Assembly: GCA_002309855.1 (NCBI GenBank)
Contig: DBYD01000031.1
Span: 60,723-124,722, forward strand
DNA: 64,000 nt
Reading direction: 5' to 3'
Source: Bacteroidales bacterium UBA1195
Lineage (GTDB): Bacteria > Bacteroidota > Bacteroidia > Bacteroidales > WCHB1-69
Within the stretch, counting starts at the first letter, position 1. Each line of letters begins with the position of its first letter. Positions 61,962-64,000 of this stretch are shown here, piece after piece. The position numbers and the translations under genes are program-made. Below the pieces are notes generated by a model, which saw only the letters and a program-made list of their open reading frames with translations, searched no databases and was not told the DNA's origin.

Positions 61962-63323
61962 ATGGAACTGAATACATTGACAGCAATTTCTCCGGTGGAT
62001 GGCCGCTATTTCAGGCAGACGGAGCCGCTCACGGAGTATTTTTCGGAATATGCGCTGATCCGGGCGCGGGTGCTGGTGGAGGTGGAGTATTTCATCGCGT
62101 TGTGCGAATGGCCTTTGCCGGAACTGAAAGGGGTGGATGCCTCCCTGTTCCCAAAGTTGCGCGGCATCTACACGGACTTTTCGGTGGAGGATGCGCGGCA
62201 TGTGAAGGAGATTGAGAAGACCACCAACCACGATGTCAAGGCGGTGGAATATTTTCTGAAGGAGAAATGGGATGCTCTGCAGCTTTCCGAATACAAGGAG
62301 TTCATCCATTTCGGCCTCACTTCGCAGGATATCAACAACACAGCCATGCCCTGGCTGCTTAGGAGTTTCCATCAGAAGGTGTGGGAACCGGCCTTTGCGG
62401 AGCTGTCGGCTGCGCTGCTGGAACGGGCCGAATCCTGGAAGGAGGTGCCCATGCTGGCCAAAACCCACGGGCAGCCCGCCTCACCGACGGTGCTGGGCAA
62501 GGAGTTCTATGTGTTTTACGAGCGGTTGCAGGCGCAGAAAAAGTTGCTGGACCAGATTCCGTTCTGCGGAAAGTTCGGCGGCGCGACCGGTAATTTCAAT
62601 GCGCACCACGTGGCCTATCCGGATTTGGACTGGGTGGCGTTCGGGAACCGCTTCCTTTCGGAAAAATTGGGGTTACAGCGTCTGCAGACCACCACGCAGA
62701 TTGAGCATTATGACCATCTGGCCGCCTATCTGGAAGGGGTGAAGCGCATCAACACCGTCCTGCTTGACATGGACAGGGACATCTGGATGTATGTCTCCAT
62801 GGAGTATTTCCGCCAGCAGGTGAAGGCGGGGGAGGTTGGTTCCTCGGCCATGCCGCACAAGGTGAATCCAATCGATTTTGAAAATTCCGAAGGAAATATC
62901 TGCATCGCCAACGCGCTGCTGGAGGGAATTGCGGCCAAACTGCCGGTGTCGCGGCTGCAAAGGGATTTGACCGACAGTACCGTCACCCGTAATTTGGGCG
63001 TCCCGTTGGCACACACCATCATTGCCTTCAGCTCCTTCAAGAAGGGTTTGGGCAAACTGTTGCTGAACGAGGAGGCTTTGGAGCGGGATCTGGAGAAGAA
63101 CTGGGTGGTGGTTTCCGAAGCCATCCAGACCATCCTGCGCCGCGAAAAATATCCGCAGCCCTATGAGGCGCTCAAGGCGCTGACCCGAGGCAAAACCCAC
63201 ATCACCAGGGAGGTGATCCACGAATTCATCGACACCTTGCAGGTGAGCGATACGGTGAAAGCCGAGCTGAAGCGGATCACACCGCAAAACTACACCGGCG
63301 TGGCCTGTAATATGGTGAAGTAG
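61962..63323 (+). CDS. purB: Adenylosuccinate lyase
   Basis: ISPVDGRY start, TSQDINNTA, the signature loop GSSAMPHKVNPIDFEN. 453 aa. A TATCTTTG -7 box lies at ~61917. Confidence 0.95.
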   Translation: MELNTLTAISPVDGRYFRQTEPLTEYFSEYALIRARVLVEVEYFIALCEWPLPELKGVDASLFPKLRGIYTDFSVEDARHVKEIEKTTNHDVKAVEYFLKEKWDALQLSEYKEFIHFGLTSQDINNTAMPWLLRSFHQKVWEPAFAELSAALLERAESWKEVPMLAKTHGQPASPTVLGKEFYVFYERLQAQKKLLDQIPFCGKFGGATGNFNAHHVAYPDLDWVAFGNRFLSEKLGLQRLQTTTQIEHYDHLAAYLEGVKRINTVLLDMDRDIWMYVSMEYFRQQVKAGEVGSSAMPHKVNPIDFENSEGNICIANALLEGIAAKLPVSRLQRDLTDSTVTRNLGVPLAHTIIAFSSFKKGLGKLLLNEEALERDLEKNWVVVSEAIQTILRREKYPQPYEALKALTRGKTHITREVIHEFIDTLQVSDTVKAELKRITPQNYTGVACNMVK

Positions 63324-63329
63324 GGGGGC

Positions 63330-63860
63330 TTACTGCCGCTTGCGGTAGTATCCTTTCACAAAGGGCGGGTCAATGTGATCATTTGTGAAATAGTCTTTGC
63401 TCTCCATCCATATCAGGGAATCCCTGTTTTTAGCAAACCATTGTGATAATGCTGTTTTCAGATATATCCTGTTTTGAAAATTATCCCGGACAAACTCAAA
63501 ATAGACATTTTGTCCCAAATAGTCTTTTTTGCCTTGAATCATCTCCCAAACAGGAATGTCTTCAATCATATCGGTGATGATTGAAAATGCTATGTCTCCA
63601 ACCGTGTAATTTCCGTTCCAATTAGGAACAGCCGCTTTTGTTTCCGTTGTGTCATCAATTAACGCGATTGCGGCAGGTACAACCTCCAAACCTTCTGCAA
63701 CGAGTTCCCAGTACAAACTGTCACCAGCAACTCCTATATACCACATCTCCTTTATTTGAAGGATTTTATCACGAAGATGGTTGTCAGTTGTTTGGGCGTT
63801 TGCCGCCACCAAAACCATCAGGCAAACAATACATAATATGTTTTTTGAGAATAAACGCAT
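63330..63860 (-). CDS. Hypothetical secreted protein
   Basis: ATG 63860 gives MRLFSKNILCIVCLMVLVAANAQ. No family recognised. Confidence 0.5.
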   Translation of the reverse strand: MRLFSKNILCIVCLMVLVAANAQTTDNHLRDKILQIKEMWYIGVAGDSLYWELVAEGLEVVPAAIALIDDTTETKAAVPNWNGNYTVGDIAFSIITDMIEDIPVWEMIQGKKDYLGQNVYFEFVRDNFQNRIYLKTALSQWFAKNRDSLIWMESKDYFTNDHIDPPFVKGYYRKRQ

Positions 63861-64000
63861 GTCAATCGGTGTTTTTGCAAAAGTACTCAAAATTCCTATA
63901 CTCTTCCCGCGCCGGGGGTGGAAAATATTATCTTTCCTCCAACTAATGAAGCTGTTCCTTTTCTTTTTTCACCGCGTTTTCCGGCCACACCGGTTTGCCG

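Noticed and set aside
1-64000. rRNA, tRNA, tmRNA and riboswitch candidates in intergenic regions (upstream of thiL, purB, ileS and the TonB-dependent receptor)
   Set aside because: Intergenic regions are short (mostly under 200 nt). By eye they show no cloverleaf-type or known riboswitch core sequences. A covariance-model scan (Infernal/Rfam, tRNAscan-SE) would be needed to exclude them formally.

Overview
Chromosomal window from a Bacteroidota (Bacteroidales-type) genome. Genes are preceded by TAnnTTTG -7 boxes, many products start with Sec or lipoprotein signals, and one cargo protein carries a T9SS C-terminal sorting domain. About two thirds is ordinary housekeeping: ileS, uvrA, purB, aroQ, thiL, mtaB, recX, a polyprenyl synthase, an ABC permease, a U32 peptidase, a TonB-dependent receptor, a NUDIX hydrolase and an EptA-like transferase. 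Two accessory regions stand out. (1) 1.4-11.4 kb is an AT-rich island of about 10 kb that splits a glycosyltransferase cluster (GT4 | island | Smr, GT2, WecA-like). It carries a WYL regulator and a retron-type reverse transcriptase (NAxxH, YADD, VTG motifs). The RT is preceded by a structured non-coding region closed by a perfect 14-bp a1/a2-like inverted repeat. Three tightly coupled downstream ORFs of unknown family follow; one has an intact CheY-like receiver domain and a C-terminal Rx4H HEPN-like motif. The island also holds four copies of a ~55-bp promoter/hairpin cassette, a ~170-bp direct repeat bracketing the retron cassette, and a DUF4065/Panacea-type antitoxin cassette bracketed by a 59-bp duplication of the Smr gene 5' end. 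(2) 32.8-44.8 kb is a lipoprotein locus with seven tandem mosaic paralogues. Six end in an FGE-sulfatase (C-type-lectin fold) domain whose last 123 nt vary almost only at the first two positions of NNC codons. That is the signature of adenine mutagenesis by a diversity-generating retroelement (DGR), yet no template repeat, Avd or DGR-type RT is in the window. The paralogues are separated by five copies of a 157-164-nt unit (post-stop element, 11-bp stem sequestering an upstream ATG, purine-rich loop). The post-stop element occurs once more, inverted, after the last gene. No rRNA, tRNA, CRISPR array, transposase or integrase was recognised. All family calls come from motif recognition by eye, not from database searches.
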